From Cystobasidiomycetes sp. EMM_F5 (lineage: Eukaryota), in NCBI GenBank assembly GCA_051047955.1, contig JBPGPT010000004.1, positions 62,001 to 126,000 of the forward strand: 64,000 nt of DNA, written 5' to 3'. A program made the translations under genes and the position numbers. This document shows, one piece after another, positions 23,997 to 36,285 of the stretch. Position 1 is the first letter of the stretch. Every line of letters begins with the position of its first letter. The notes under the pieces are model-generated. The model saw only the letters and a list, made by a program, of their open reading frames with translations, made no database searches and was not told the DNA's origin.

Positions 23997-25880
23997 ATGT
24001 CGTTGACACTGACGCTCGTTCGTCATGGCGAGTCTACCGATAACCTCAAAGCGCTGTGGGCAGGTAAGTGGGACTGAGTCTCGTGAAATTGCCATGTGGA
24101 GACTGATGCAGATTGCTCTGTGATTACCAGGCCATCGAGATGCTCCGCTGACTGTGCACGGTGAGCTCCCATCTTGTAGCAGGCTAGGCAAACATACGAC
24201 TTGATTGACGAGTCTCTCACGACAACAGGAATGAACCAAGCACGACGTCTAGGGAAATCGTTTGAGAACGTAGCCATTACCAAAATATACGCTTCTGATT
24301 TGAAGCGGGCGCACTGGACGTCCCTACAGATCGCTACGCAAAACAAGGGTCTACAAGCGCAGTTTGCGTCATATGTTTCCTCTTGTTCACACGACGCACA
24401 AACGTCGAGTACATCGACGTCTCTGTCGTCACCTCTTGCGGGTCTTGGGCGAAGGAACGGCACTGATGAGTCGACACCACTATCGACGCCTGTCAAACAG
24501 ACGGCTAGTAGGAGTTCGTCGATGAGGAACAACGGTGATGATGCACCGAATCCAGCGGAGGTCGCGGATACGACTGCTGGACCGCGCAGTATAGTCTCAA
24601 CGGACCGCGTGCCGGAAGATGCGAGTGAATCTGCGTCGCATTGTGAGGGAATGAGATGAGATTGATGCGTACGTTTGCTCTTTACTGACTGACATTGGCG
24701 TCGGCACTTGCAGCTCCCATTGTTTCACCACCTCTCCACAGCCATAATGACGAAAACGAAATGTACGACGACGATTTCACACTATCTTCCTCATCCGCCG
24801 CTTCCTCCTCTGCCATTCAATCTTTCTCTCCATCCACATCCACCTCTCTAACAGAGATAGTCACTACGACTCCACTACTTCGCGAACAATTTTTTGGGCT
24901 CGCCGAGGGACAGTCGTGGAAGACGGGGTACGCTACTTCTGCCAATGCGCACCATAACCGGTCGTACAAGTTTGAAGGAGGAGAATCGTTGCAGGACGTA
25001 CATTCGCGTGCTGATGAGGTCGTCAAGAGATGTGTCGTGCCGTGGTTGGTCCGTGCTGTGAGGCGGAGTGTGAGAGGGCGCGCTGATGATAGTAGGAGGA
25101 GGGGTGAGAGTACGAGTACGAGTGGGGAGGATGATGCGGATGCACCACTCCATGTCGTGCTCGTAGCTCATGGTATCATGATTAGCGAATTGTTATACGC
25201 CATCAGCAAATTGCAGGATCCGAGAGCGAGCTGTGAGTCGACGAGGACTTGAGTCAAGATGCGTACGTGGTCTGATGGTTGGATTGTTCATGACAGACAT
25301 GCGCCAGTCTGGGCATACAAACACCGGATGGACACGTTTTTCACTACGTCTTGATTCGAGTGTCGATATTTCTACACTCTCAGATCCTACACTTCCGCCT
25401 CTGATTTCCCAAGAACTACCTGCGGCGTATACTCCCAGTTTATCAAGCGGCAAGAATAACAGTATAGTCGGCCATGTGATTGTGTCAAAAACGCATGGCA
25501 ACATGACCACGCACCTGAATGGGCTGAAGCGGACCAAAGGGGGCGTAGGATCTTCTGGATTTGACAGTAAACAGAGGGGACTTTCTGATTTCTTTGCTGG
25601 GGGAGGGTCATGTGCACCGGCGGACGATGGAGCGGCTACTCAGACTCACGGCGGAAAGAAGGAGAGTAATGGAGCGGCGACTGAGACTCACGGCGGAAAG
25701 AAGGAGAGTAATGAAACGACGTGGAAGGTGAATGCGAAAACAACGCACACGCCAGTGATTGACCTGACTAGCGCTGATGATGCGGAGAGCGAGGGCAAGC
25801 ACTCGAAGCGAGAGCACACTGCCAGACAGAGGTTTGTCTCCCCGCCCTCCCCGTCGCCCAAGAAGGGGAGGTTGTCGTAG
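23997..25880 (+). CDS. Histidine phosphatase (phosphoglycerate mutase/TIGAR-like) with Ser-rich insertion, multi-exon
   Basis: LTLVRHGESTDN..WAG|HRDAPLTVHG|MNQA..IYASDLKRAHWT..LREQFFGLAEG..GESLQDVHSRA..VVLVAHGIMISE; catalytic RHG and AHG present. Confidence 0.9.
25627..25713. repeat. In-frame 42-bp tandem duplication (GAAT[QE]THGGKKESN x2)
   Basis: atggagcggctactcagactcacggcggaaagaaggagagta followed by atggagcggcgactgagactcacggcggaaagaaggagagta. Confidence 0.9.
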
Positions 25881-26630
25881 GCGGGTCGTGTCAATGTATC
25901 ATCTGCTTATTTGCCTGGTCCAATTGCCTGGACGCGTCCTTGCCACTCACGCGTCTTTGCAATTGACGCGTCTCATTTTCTCGGGGCCTGGATTCAGAAG
26001 AGCGAGACGAGGAGGGAGATGGAGGAGAGCATTGACCACACCACACACATACCACACGCTGCTTGGAAGGAATATACACGAATACAAGCAGGGGATAAAT
26101 CACAAACCCGCTCTCTGGCAGAGTGAGGGAGAAGAGACGGCGCAGCAGGATACACGCAGCAGATTACACGACCCGCAGCTGGAGTACTGAGAGGCAGGAA
26201 CAAAAGCAGCACACCGACCCGTCACCACGACACTCACTACAGCACCATTCTCTCACCTTCCTGTCCTCATCTCCCGCACCGACTTTCGAGGTCTGTGCGC
26301 GCAATTATTGCAATTCGTTTGGGGGATTGTAACTTGAGCACACGCTGACATTGTATGCCAATATCTCACTTCAATATCACCCTCCCATCCTCTCAACTGC
26401 ACCTCCTTGCCCCCATTCATGCAACTTTCCACTCCCCCTCTGGCACCCCTCGCCCGTTCAACAGCCCGTCTCACATCAATTTCAAACATCCACTCGGAGC
26501 AAATCTCTCTTCTCGCTCTCCCTCTCTCTCTCTCTACTTTGGATAGCAGCTCATCCCTATCCCTCTTTCAAGGCTCACTCAAGACTCGCTCACTCACACT
26601 CTGCCCCTCGATCGCGTGCAGTGATTAAAT

Positions 26631-29600
26631 ATGGCAGCGACATTTCACCCTCAGGTCTACAGAGGACAGCAGCAGCACACCCACAATCAAAAGAGTGGAG
26701 ATGTGTCCATCAATGGCACTTTTAACACCCACGCCCAGCAAACTCCCTCCGCGCCGTCATCGTCGGACATTGCCGTCTCGCAGAAACAACCTTCATACGC
26801 TCAATCCAGCCATAACGCAAGTTATGCCAGCGAACCATCCGCCTCTCCCTCGTTTGGGCTACAGCATCCTCAGTCCTACGTCTATCCTCCACATCCAGCG
26901 TCGACGCAACAGCTGCAGTTCAAGAGGATGAGTGTAAAGCAGTATGCAGAGCTGGCAAGGGGTTATGCGGGAGTCAAGTGCAGGGAAGAGGTCTTATTTC
27001 CGTGGCTGCACGGCGCAGATTTTGCGGGGACTCAGCAGGCGGCAAATTTTGGGTTTGTTAATGGGAATAGGGCGAGGGCGCCGAGGTGAGCATTGAAGCA
27101 AGCGAGACGGACGGCGGTCGGCGAGCGGTGCTGATGTTTGCTCTCTTCTGTCTCTGTCTCTCTGTGTCGTTCTTCCGTCTTCTTTTTCCCTCTTCCTCTT
27201 TCTCCCTCTGTTTCTCCTTCTTCGTCTTTCTGTCTCTGTGCCTCTGTGCCTCTGTGTCTCTGTGTCTCTGTGTCTTTATGTTTCTGTATCTCTGTATCTC
27301 TGTGTCTCTCTTTCTCCCCCTCTATTTTTCCCTCTTTCATCCTTTCATTCAATCATCCTTTCTTTCTATATCTCCACAGATTCCGCGCCTTGACAACCAT
27401 TGCAGCTCACGGCATCCGTCCAGAGCTCGAACTCCGCGACGCCCAACAGCAAGCCAGCATTCCTCACCGTCCCAGAGTCCCCACTTCCACCTCCAGCATC
27501 TCTACCCGATCATCGACAGACTCGCTCTCCTCGTCTGGTACAGGAGTATCACGGTCTCTGTCTGCATCCTCGTCGACCGATTCGTCTGAATCGGCATCGA
27601 GTGACGGGCTGTCATCCGCTGCCTCTTCTGCTCCATCGAGCGTGCACAGCAGTGAAGTTGGGCACAAGGACGGAAACAATGTACAATTGCCAGCGCATAC
27701 TGGTCCAGAACCACACCCAGCCCTCTTGACTTCTGCATGGTTGCCGAGTGAACTGATTGTCCATATCCCCTCTGCCTCAATCGAGCAAAGCCTTCTCGAA
27801 TCTCGCTTTCACACGCCAGTCCTCCCTACGCCCGGTATCTCGTTTCGCCACTATCGACTACAAGCAAACAAGATGGCAAGCATTTCCGATATTGTCGTTT
27901 ATGCCGACAAGGGCGGATTCTGCAGAGAGGCTATCGAGGTCGCAAAGAGGTGTAGAGCGGCATTGAATAATTGCGAGAGGGCACGACGTGTTGCCGGAGA
28001 GTGTCAAGTACTGTCGTATGATGTCTATGTCATTGATGGTGAGTATTTGCGTGTGTGGAGAGGTCCTGACGACGGCTGATGGAGTGTGTGATGTGCTGTA
28101 GAGCCATTTCACGTCTTTGAGGAGGAGTACCCGTACCTCGTCGGCGTCGATTCTGCAGGGTACGCCAAGAACAATATCAACTTTGCAGAGCGCGAACACG
28201 AAGAAATGCAAGCTTTCACGGGAGCTATAGAGATTTGCGAAAATGTCTTTCTGGGAAACTCCTTCGATGTTCCTTTGCCCCTAGACGAACGGGCAGCTAT
28301 GAGCCCGAATCTATCTGCCGGTGACAAGGCCGCAAACAATCCGTTCAAGTTTAGCGTTTGTGTTGAAGCGAGGGATATGGCTCATATGGCCGATCTTGGA
28401 CAGCTGAGAGCGAGGGAACGGCATCTTGATGACGTGCAGCAGAAGAGGGTCGTAGAAGCTCAAGAGGCTCAGAGGCTTGAAATGTTGACTGGGGCTCGTA
28501 AATACACCAATCACCAGTCCGGCGCCTCGTACTGGTACTCGTCGTCTGACGACTCGTCGTATGAAGGCACTTCGAGCAGCGGTTCCACTTCATCTACCCC
28601 TACTTCATCGGACAGCGAAATGACAGACGACGACGATGGACAGCTTGCTCGAGATTTGAGCATAGCGACAGCCATTCGTCATTCTCCTCGAAAACAACCA
28701 ACATCGCGACATTACGATGTTGACGAAGACACGTCGGACTATGAAGAGTTTTTCGATGCATCAGACAAGGAAAATTTTACCACCGATGTCAGATGCGGTA
28801 ACAATGGTATTCGTTCTCCCCCACGTTCACCCGGGAAATCTGCAGGGAGATTGGCACGCGCAGCACCTTCTCTCGCACTCTCGTCGTATGTCCAGAATGC
28901 GAGACTGGATGATGCACCCTCCAAAATACAGTTGAAGCGACATTCGAGGACGTTGTCTGCCTTGGCAAGTAATGCGGCATCTGCGCTGCATGCTTCCATT
29001 ACTGGCCCCAAGTCGCCTTCAGGCAGATCTGCAAAATCATCACAAGCAGCAGCAAAGTCCCTGGCTTCTGCTCAGCGACGTCATGAAAAGCGAGCACGGC
29101 GGACACTCGACAAAGCCGCACGATCAGCAGCCCGCAGAGTCGAGCGACAGGAAGCTGCAGAAGCAACCATCAAGCAAGCCGAGCCCGAGCAGCCGGAAGC
29201 TCAGGTACTGCATGCAAATCTGGAAGAGATTGTTCATCTGGAAACCATGTCGACCGGGCAGAGTCTACCGAATCCAATGACCCAGACCGTTCTACTTGTC
29301 GATGCGATTGTCGAACATGTCGTCTGGCTTCGTACTCAAGCAAGACCACACTTACGAAGCTCCCTCGAGCAGCGTGCAAGCTCTCTGAGGACGAGCGGAC
29401 CGAATGCGGGTGCCTCAAAACCTGATGCAGTCGCTGGAGGAAAGATTCTGCCAAGACGTATCCTCATCCATTGCGTTGATGGATATACCGACTCCTCCCT
29501 CCTCGCACTCGCATACATCATGTATGACCGGGTCGTATCACTTCCTCAAGCGTACCTCTACCTACAAAATGACCGACAGCGTTCCTTCTTTGTCTATCCT

Positions 29601-30695
29601 TCGGATGTTGCGATCCTCGGCGCCCTCGAGAAGCGATTGCTTAGCATCGCACGATTGCAGGGACGTGCAAAGTACAATGACGATTTGACAGTTGAGCAGA
29701 TTGCGGAGATTGATCGTAGAGACCGAGAGGAGCGAGAACGAGCCAATATGGCCACGGCTGTAGCAGCTGCTGTCAGCGTCCGCGCAAACGGTAGCGGGGT
29801 TAGCGCAGTCAGTCAAGCAAAATCTGCAATGACTGCATTCCTTCCGCGTCCTTCACTCTTTTCGAGGTCGAGCAGTAACGTCAGCGCTGCAACTATTCGA
29901 GCAGGCGTACCACTTCAACCTTCACATGCTGCGCCAGCTGCCAATGCATATCACAACGCGAGCTTGCCTGATGGACGAGTTCTGCATCCCTGGTTTTATG
30001 ACTCGAAATGGGATGGACACTTTCCATCCCGCATCCTCGACCATGTCTATCTCGGCAATCTCGACCACGCTGGCAATCCTGGGATGCTCAAGGAATTGGG
30101 CATTACCCATGTTCTGTCGATCGGCGAAAGTGCCCTCACTCCACCTAGCGCAGCTGCATCCTTGATGGGCAGTCGCGCAGCGACACCTGCCAACTCGCTC
30201 TGGCATGAACACCGCCAAGGCAGAATCAACGTACTCGATGTACAAGATATTCAAGATGATGGTGTTGACTCGATCCTCCCGCATATCGTCAATGCGGTAG
30301 AATATATTGAGGCTGCTCAACGCTCTGGCAGCAAAGTACTGGTACACTGTCGTGTGGGCGTGTCTCGTTCGGCAACACTCGTCGTCGCCTACGTTATGCA
30401 TGCCCTCGACAAGTCGTTGGCGGACGCGTACTTGATGGTCCGTGCACGACGACTCAATATCTTGATCCAGCCGACCATCCTCTTCATGTGGACACTGCAT
30501 ACCTGGGAAGAGGAGATTCGCGGATCAGCAATCGACGAACAAAATAACTTACACCCAACCAGGGCAGCAAGACTGACTTGGCCAATCCTGGCAACAGAGA
30601 TTGCCGACCTGAATCAGAAATGTGAGAGCTCTTGCGCTCTTTTCTGCGGTCACATACTGAACGAATCCAATCATTACTCAGATCTCGGATGCTGA
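26631..30695 (+). CDS. PPS1: Dual-specificity phosphatase Pps1-like, multi-exon
   Basis: EEVLFPWLHG N-terminal motif, ASISDIVVY, EICENVFLGN, degenerate IHCVDGYTDSS, FPSRILDHVYLGNL, active VHCRVGVSRSA, RARRLNILIQP. Confidence 0.88.
27137..27380 (+). repeat. Pyrimidine-rich degenerate (TCTCTG)n microsatellite inside PPS1 intron 1 (27086-27380)
   Basis: Runs of tctctg/tctgtg/tctgta, almost A-free on the + strand, between donor gtgagc (27086) and acceptor cacag (27380). Confidence 0.85.
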
Positions 30696-31417
30696 GCGTC
30701 ATTAACCGAGAATCGTCACGGTCTTCCACACCATCGCGGCGGCGGGCGGAGTTGACCTCCTTCTGCTACTGCACAGCAGCCATCATAGAAGACCGCCATG
30801 TTTGTCATGCTACATAGGACAGCAGCGACATGGCACTCACTTCATACAGCATTCAAGCATTCAATAAGCATTTTAATTTGTCAAATGGTCGCCCTTCTTC
30901 ACAAGGGTCCTTCGAAGTCGGAAACAAACTCATTCAGTCCGGAAATAAGTGAAGGGAATGCTACTCGACAGTCTGAAGGAGTAGGAAACTGCTCTCGTAG
31001 CTGGCAATCCAGTACGAGGAAGGCAGATGTGTATCCGTGTCATTTCTGCTACTACGTTTCCTTTGCGTGATTCGTCTTTTCACCCAATATTACGTTTTCG
31101 TGAGGTGTTCAAGCTAGATTTTGTGTCTGCTCTGATGCGTGTAATGCTAATCATGGTGCATTGCAACTCATTTGTAAATGCATACTGCGTGTCTCATTGC
31201 GTTGCGCTGTGAAACGACCATAGAGGCACTGATCAAACGAGACAGGCTGAATGGGTGCAGTCTCATACGACAACACGTTGAGCCACCCTACTTTAAACAA
31301 TCTCGCAGAAAATTGCAGTCACCCAGCCACGCAGCAGCCTGAAATGGGATCGCAGGGAATTCGCATGCGGGAGGTGTGAGAAGAGTAAAGGAAATGTATG
31401 TTGATCTTGCCTCTCGC

Positions 31418-32930
31418 TCAGGCTTTACCCTTCTTGGATTTCTTGCTGCTAGTAGCGGTTTGCTGAGTACCTCCTTTCTTTGCCTTGTTGGCTTTGACAG
31501 CCGTAGCGGGACTAGAAGCTTGAGCCATGACTTGCTTCTGGTCCTTCTCGACCTGCATCTCCAACTTTTTCGCAGCTTCTCTTGCTTCCTTTTCGTGCTT
31601 CTTGTCCTCTTCCTGCTTTTCGGGCAGCGTCTTTACATAACCGTCAAAGTCGTACTCGATGCCCAACTCCCGAAGCTTGCGACGCTTCTTTGACTCCCTC
31701 TTGACTAATCTGTTTGCAATGCTGTCTTTCTGCTCTTGCGTCTTTGGCTGTACCGATTGAAAAGCAGTGATTAGCTGAAGAGCATATCGATCTGGAGAAC
31801 ACAGTGCCTGCATACCGCATTATGTTTCATCCGCTCAATCCTGCCTTTGGGTACTGGCCTGAAGGTCTTGTTTGCGCCGATCCACATCTTGGGATGAATT
31901 TCGTCCGAAGGGACAACTTTGCATTGGAGGATGTGGCCATGTAGGAGGTAGTTGTCCATCGTCTCGCTGACAATCTGCGCAACGGAGTCGTGTTCGAATT
32001 CGATGAATGCATAATGTCTCGATGACCCGGTCTGTGCGGGCAAAGTGAGAATCATGTCGACCGAGATTATCTGATTGTCAGGCTCACCTTCTTGTTGCGG
32101 GCTAGTCTCAATCGTATAACTGTCCCGAATTGCGTAAAGTACGACCGCATCTCATCTTCGTGGAAACCGTGTGGTATTCTTCCAAGGTAAATTACTCCTG
32201 GCGTAGACTTCTATAGGCGACTACTATGTCAGCCAGGTTCTGCGGGATCAACACGACCGAGACATGCCTTGTCCTTCTTGCCCGACTTTGTAGCTACAGC
32301 TTTACCACTCGACTTTGGTTCTGGCAATTCCTTTGCCGTGACGACCTGGCCGTCTTGTTCCTCGTCAGAGCTGTCTTGCCCGTCCTCATCATCATCCTCA
32401 TCAGACCCGCTTTCGAAGCCTGCAAGGAAGTCAATTTCTCCTTCATCTGCGTTATCAGCAGCCTTTGATGTGCTAGCTGATGTTGAAGACTCGGCATGTG
32501 GCTCGTTGTCGATATTTTCAGTATCGACATCTTCATCTTCATCCACGTCGGATGCTTTACGCTTCTTGCTCGCTGCCTTGCCTTTGCTACTGCCATTTGA
32601 CGTCTTGAGCAGGCTCTTCTCTGGCTTGACCTTGCTATCTTTATGTTTTGGCGAAAACTTTTTGCTGCCATTCACCTCGTCCTCGTCAAAGACTTCGGTT
32701 GTGACTTGGCCAGTCTTGCCGTTCGTCTTGGATCCAGATGCTGCACGCCTGCCTCTGACGGGGCTGCCTTTGCTGGCTGGACCAGGAGACCCAGTCGAAA
32801 TTCGGACTTTGCGGTTGCTGCTCGTCACGACGCCGTCTACGCTCAGCTCACTCCGTTGGGCTGCGGAAGGTGTCCCGTCCTGGCTCATTGCCAGCTCGTC
32901 CTTTGGTGCCCGCTTCCCTGCTTTTGCCAT
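31418..32930 (-). CDS. NOP15: Nucleolar RRM protein Nop15/NIFK (60S biogenesis), multi-exon
   Basis: [95 protein letters not shown]. Confidence 0.93.
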
Positions 32931-33327
32931 GATTGTCGGGTTTGGATTAAACGCAAGATATGGTCTGCAAGATTAGCATACTTCTACTGGAACCCGTACG
33001 GCGAAAGTACATTGATGCAAGCTGATGTTTCGCAAGGTTCAGTCAAGATTGGTCCTTGGTCGCGCTATGATACTCAGGAAATGCGTGTGAATTGCTGCCG
33101 CTGACGTCCTTTGGTTGCTATGTACAGGCTAATGTCGAGTGACCGCCAATACTGACATTCCGACAGTAGAAGACTGACTCTGACGTTGACTTCACACCTG
33201 GACGGCTTCCGGGGTGACTTGTATCCCTTTCAACGGATATCTTGCTCGAAGGCGCTGCAGCTATCCATCCCAGAGGTGCCATCAAACGTTGCACAATCCA
33301 TGAACGCGCTGCAACGTCGACACTAAA

Positions 33328-34086
33328 ATGCTGACAGCTCGCAAAAGGTTGACAGCAAGAAGCGCAGCTATTCTGTCCCTTCTGACGTTTTTGCTACCTT
33401 CAATCCTCGGTAAGTCCTGCTGATTCGGCAAAGCCAGTCGAAGAGACGGTACTAAGATGGTGTCTGTTAGCATACCTACTCACAGTAATACCTCTTTCAC
33501 AACACCCGCAATCTGCGAACACGTACTCCGACATACTGAGTTGGTTGATCCAGCTTACGGTAGGGTCGCATACCCTCCCGGATCATCACAGCTATCTCCA
33601 CAGGCGGAAAACCGACTCCACTCCTCCAACAGTGATCGAGCAATGTACATGGACAAGTCCCATAGAACAAGGCCAAAGGCCAATCCCCTTAAAGTACGCT
33701 TCATCGACTGTTCATCGATCAAGATAACGAAAGCTGACATTCACATTGCGGGCAACTCTTTGCAGCATAGTCATAGGCCTCTCAGTGGGCGGAGCGGCGG
33801 GAAGTGGGTTGATTCTATTTGACAGTTTGCCCTGATGGAAGCTAATCTAATTCTCGGCAATAGTGGTTGTACGTGCTAACTGTAGCCCCATACGGGCCCA
33901 ATTCTTTATCAGCTGACATAGATTTTACCTAGATCTTCTCGTTTGCCGCTTTCAAGGTGAGCTCTGGTCCTTTTTAGTACGTCTACGGCTGCTGATGTCG
34001 CGCACGCTTAGACTGGTGCAGCCCATCGAAACCGAATGATGGGCGGAGGCGGGATGATGGGTGGTGGCATGATGGGTGGATACTAA
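33328..34086 (+). CDS. Hypothetical small type-I membrane protein, family B member 1 (148 aa; 6 exons incl. 5-nt microexon)
   Basis: Exons 33328-33409, 33471-33693, 33766-33803, 33864-33868, 33933-33956, 34012-34086 (447 nt), all GT-AG; MLTARKRLTARSAAILSLLTFLLPSILA...LHRRK...CTWTSPIEQGQRPIPLNIVIGLSVGGAAGMVIFSFAAFKTG...MMGGGMMGGY*. Confidence 0.72.
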
Positions 34087-34287
34087 TATGTATACCAATC
34101 GTGCCTAAACATGTCATGTCGCTCAAAAACATCAAGCAACTGTATCCGTTTGAGCGGAGGCCATATTACCATAATTCCGTGCTCTATTCATCGCTGCTCT
34201 ACATACGGGCGTAGGCCTCCAAACCATACTTCTGCGTGATACAGACTGAACTCTGACAAGCCGGACACGAACGGAATGTCGTGCATC

Positions 34288-34891
34288 TCACCGGCGGCTC
34301 CATTCCGGCTTCGGCATGGAGACCGTCTGTGGGGATGCAGAAACCGGTGCTGAGCTGTACATCTCCAGCTGTCCCAAGATGATGCGTAACGGGGCATGTT
34401 GTGAACGCTTGAGTGTATCGATCTTGGGTTGTTCACGCAGGCAGGCTCTTCGACTTTTACTGTCCAGGCAGGGTCGCTCGGTCATGGGTTCAGATACTTG
34501 GGAGCTCCTTGAGCTACTTCTTGGCCTTTTCGACGTAGTAGAAAGTCCGCTTGGCGATATTTTCAGCTACGATCATCGTTTGGCAAGCAGCTGGATGACC
34601 GAGGTGAGTTACTTCGACATCTGAACTCACATACTCTATACGTCGTAGATTCGAGACGTCGGGCTGTGGGATGGTTTCGAACACTGGATTAGCGGTATCC
34701 TCATTGGAAACTGAATCTGGATGCGATATTCCGCGCGTGACAATGTCCCAGATACGCGAAAGCAACTGCTGAAATGGACGTGTATCTATCTCTTCTGCGA
34801 CGTAGCGCTTGCTTTCGCCACGGTGAAGTTTGGCGATGCCATTGAGCTTTGAGTAGCATCGCCACAGCGCTTCCGGGGTAATGTCGGACAT
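34288..34891 (-). CDS. Possible orphan gene between the family B paralogs (structure uncertain)
   Basis: 125-aa ORF 34891-34514 (MSDITPEALWRCYSKL..FQQLLSRIWDIV) can be joined by a gtatgt..aag intron to the 34288-34485 frame; no recognisable motif. Confidence 0.3.
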
Positions 34892-35147
34892 AGTGCGCAG
34901 CCTTCACCGAATTACGGTCGGATACGTCTGGCATGCTAGTCACGGCATCGGCTCTTGCTCGCTCACCGACTGTCCCGTCTCCGGTCCTTGTCCCTTCCTC
35001 CCTTTCCCCTCTCAGCGTATATATTTGTCTAAAGACCATCATCCCGGTCCTCATCATCGTATCTATACCTCACGACCTTCAGAATCTTGTTCTATACACT
35101 GATCGACTTGTACAACCTGGACCGCAATATACATTAACACCTTAAAA

Positions 35148-36056
35148 ATGCCAAAATACCAAATGACAGCTCGCAGAGCCGCAGTGATGACTGCAATGGC
35201 ATTTGCTGTACCTATACTATTCTGTGAGCAATAAACTCTCCAGATGGAGCTGGTCGTTCTGACATCCATGCGCAGCTTTGTCTGTCCACTCACATCTTCA
35301 TCAACGCCATCAATCGCATCTAGTCAAATTCTCTCAAACATCATCAGCTGTGATATCACCTTTCGAGGTCCCTTTTGCAGCTCGACAAGTACTTCGACGA
35401 AGTCCCAAAGATGACAGCAGCGACGACTCTGATAAAAAGGACGGAAAAGATTCTGAGAACGCCAAGGATGACAAAACGAAAGACGAAAAGGACAGCAAAG
35501 ACGGGGAAAAGGGAAAAGATGACAAGGGTTCGGAAGACGATTCAAAAACAGACGATAAAAAGGGCGCCAAATCGTCCGATGACAAAGAAACATCCGATAA
35601 AAAGGGCGACAAATCGTCCGATGACAAAGAAACATCCAAACTTTCAAGCAACGACAAGCCAAGTAGTACCAAAGAGGGTGCTTCGCCGACTGGAACAGCT
35701 AGTTCGAGCAAAGCGACCAGCACGTCCACCGCAGCCGATACATGCGGGTGGAACGATGTGATCGAAGGGACGTACACAAAGCCTCTTTGGTAAGCTATCT
35801 CGACTTAGCCGTGGCATCAACATGTAGCTAATTGGCTCGACTGGCTTGACAGGCTTACTATCGGTATCAGCGCTGCCGGAATTTTTGGCATGCTGGTAAG
35901 CGAACTTCTCCGTCTTAGACGTGACTCCGTCCTAATTGCCCTTTTATGTTGCAGTTCACCGCCTTCACTGCTTTCCAGTACGGAAAGAGTAAGAACCCAG
36001 CTGGTGCCGGTGGTATGGGAGGCATGGGTGGCGCACCACCTCCACCAGGCTACTAA
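35148..36056 (+). CDS. Hypothetical type-I membrane protein, family B member 2 (244 aa; Asp/Lys-rich ectodomain)
   Basis: Exons 35148-35223, 35276-35789, 35853-35895, 35955-36056 (735 nt); MPKYQMTARRAAVMTAMAFAVPILFS...VLRRSPKDDS(D/K repeats)...CGWNDVIEGTYTKPLWLTIGISAAGIFGMLFTAFTAFQYG...GGMGGMGGAPPPPGY*. Confidence 0.8.
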
Positions 36057-36142
36057 AAGGAACAAGGCTGGCATAGTAGAATCGGCCTAGGCTACATTTA
36101 CGACAGTGAAGACGATTTCGACGATTTTCATGTAATGGTAGC

Positions 36143-36215
36143 ACTTTTGAACGGAGAAATGACTACTGTGCATTATAACGACTTTTGAACGAAGAGATGA
36201 CTACTCTGCATATAA
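36143..36215. repeat. Imperfect 2-copy tandem repeat, 38-bp period
   Basis: acttttgaacggagaaatgactactgtgcat at 36143 vs acttttgaacgaagagatgactactctgcat at 36181. Confidence 0.8.
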
Positions 36216-36285
36216 AGGATACGATGACGTGACCAATCTTGAGAGCAAATGTCGACACTATGTCTGCAACACCGCGTTTATGCAA

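Noticed and set aside
27032..27589. ORFs with LCLSV/ETQRH-type repeats (27032-27352 -, 27086-27589 +, 5' part of 27138-28079 +)
   Set aside because: Translations of the TCTCTG microsatellite inside a PPS1 intron bounded by good splice sites.
29460..29500. Second, Arg-less phosphatase motif IHCVDGYTDSS in the DSP gene
   Set aside because: A degenerate HCxDGYT motif is a known feature of Pps1-family proteins, so not novel.
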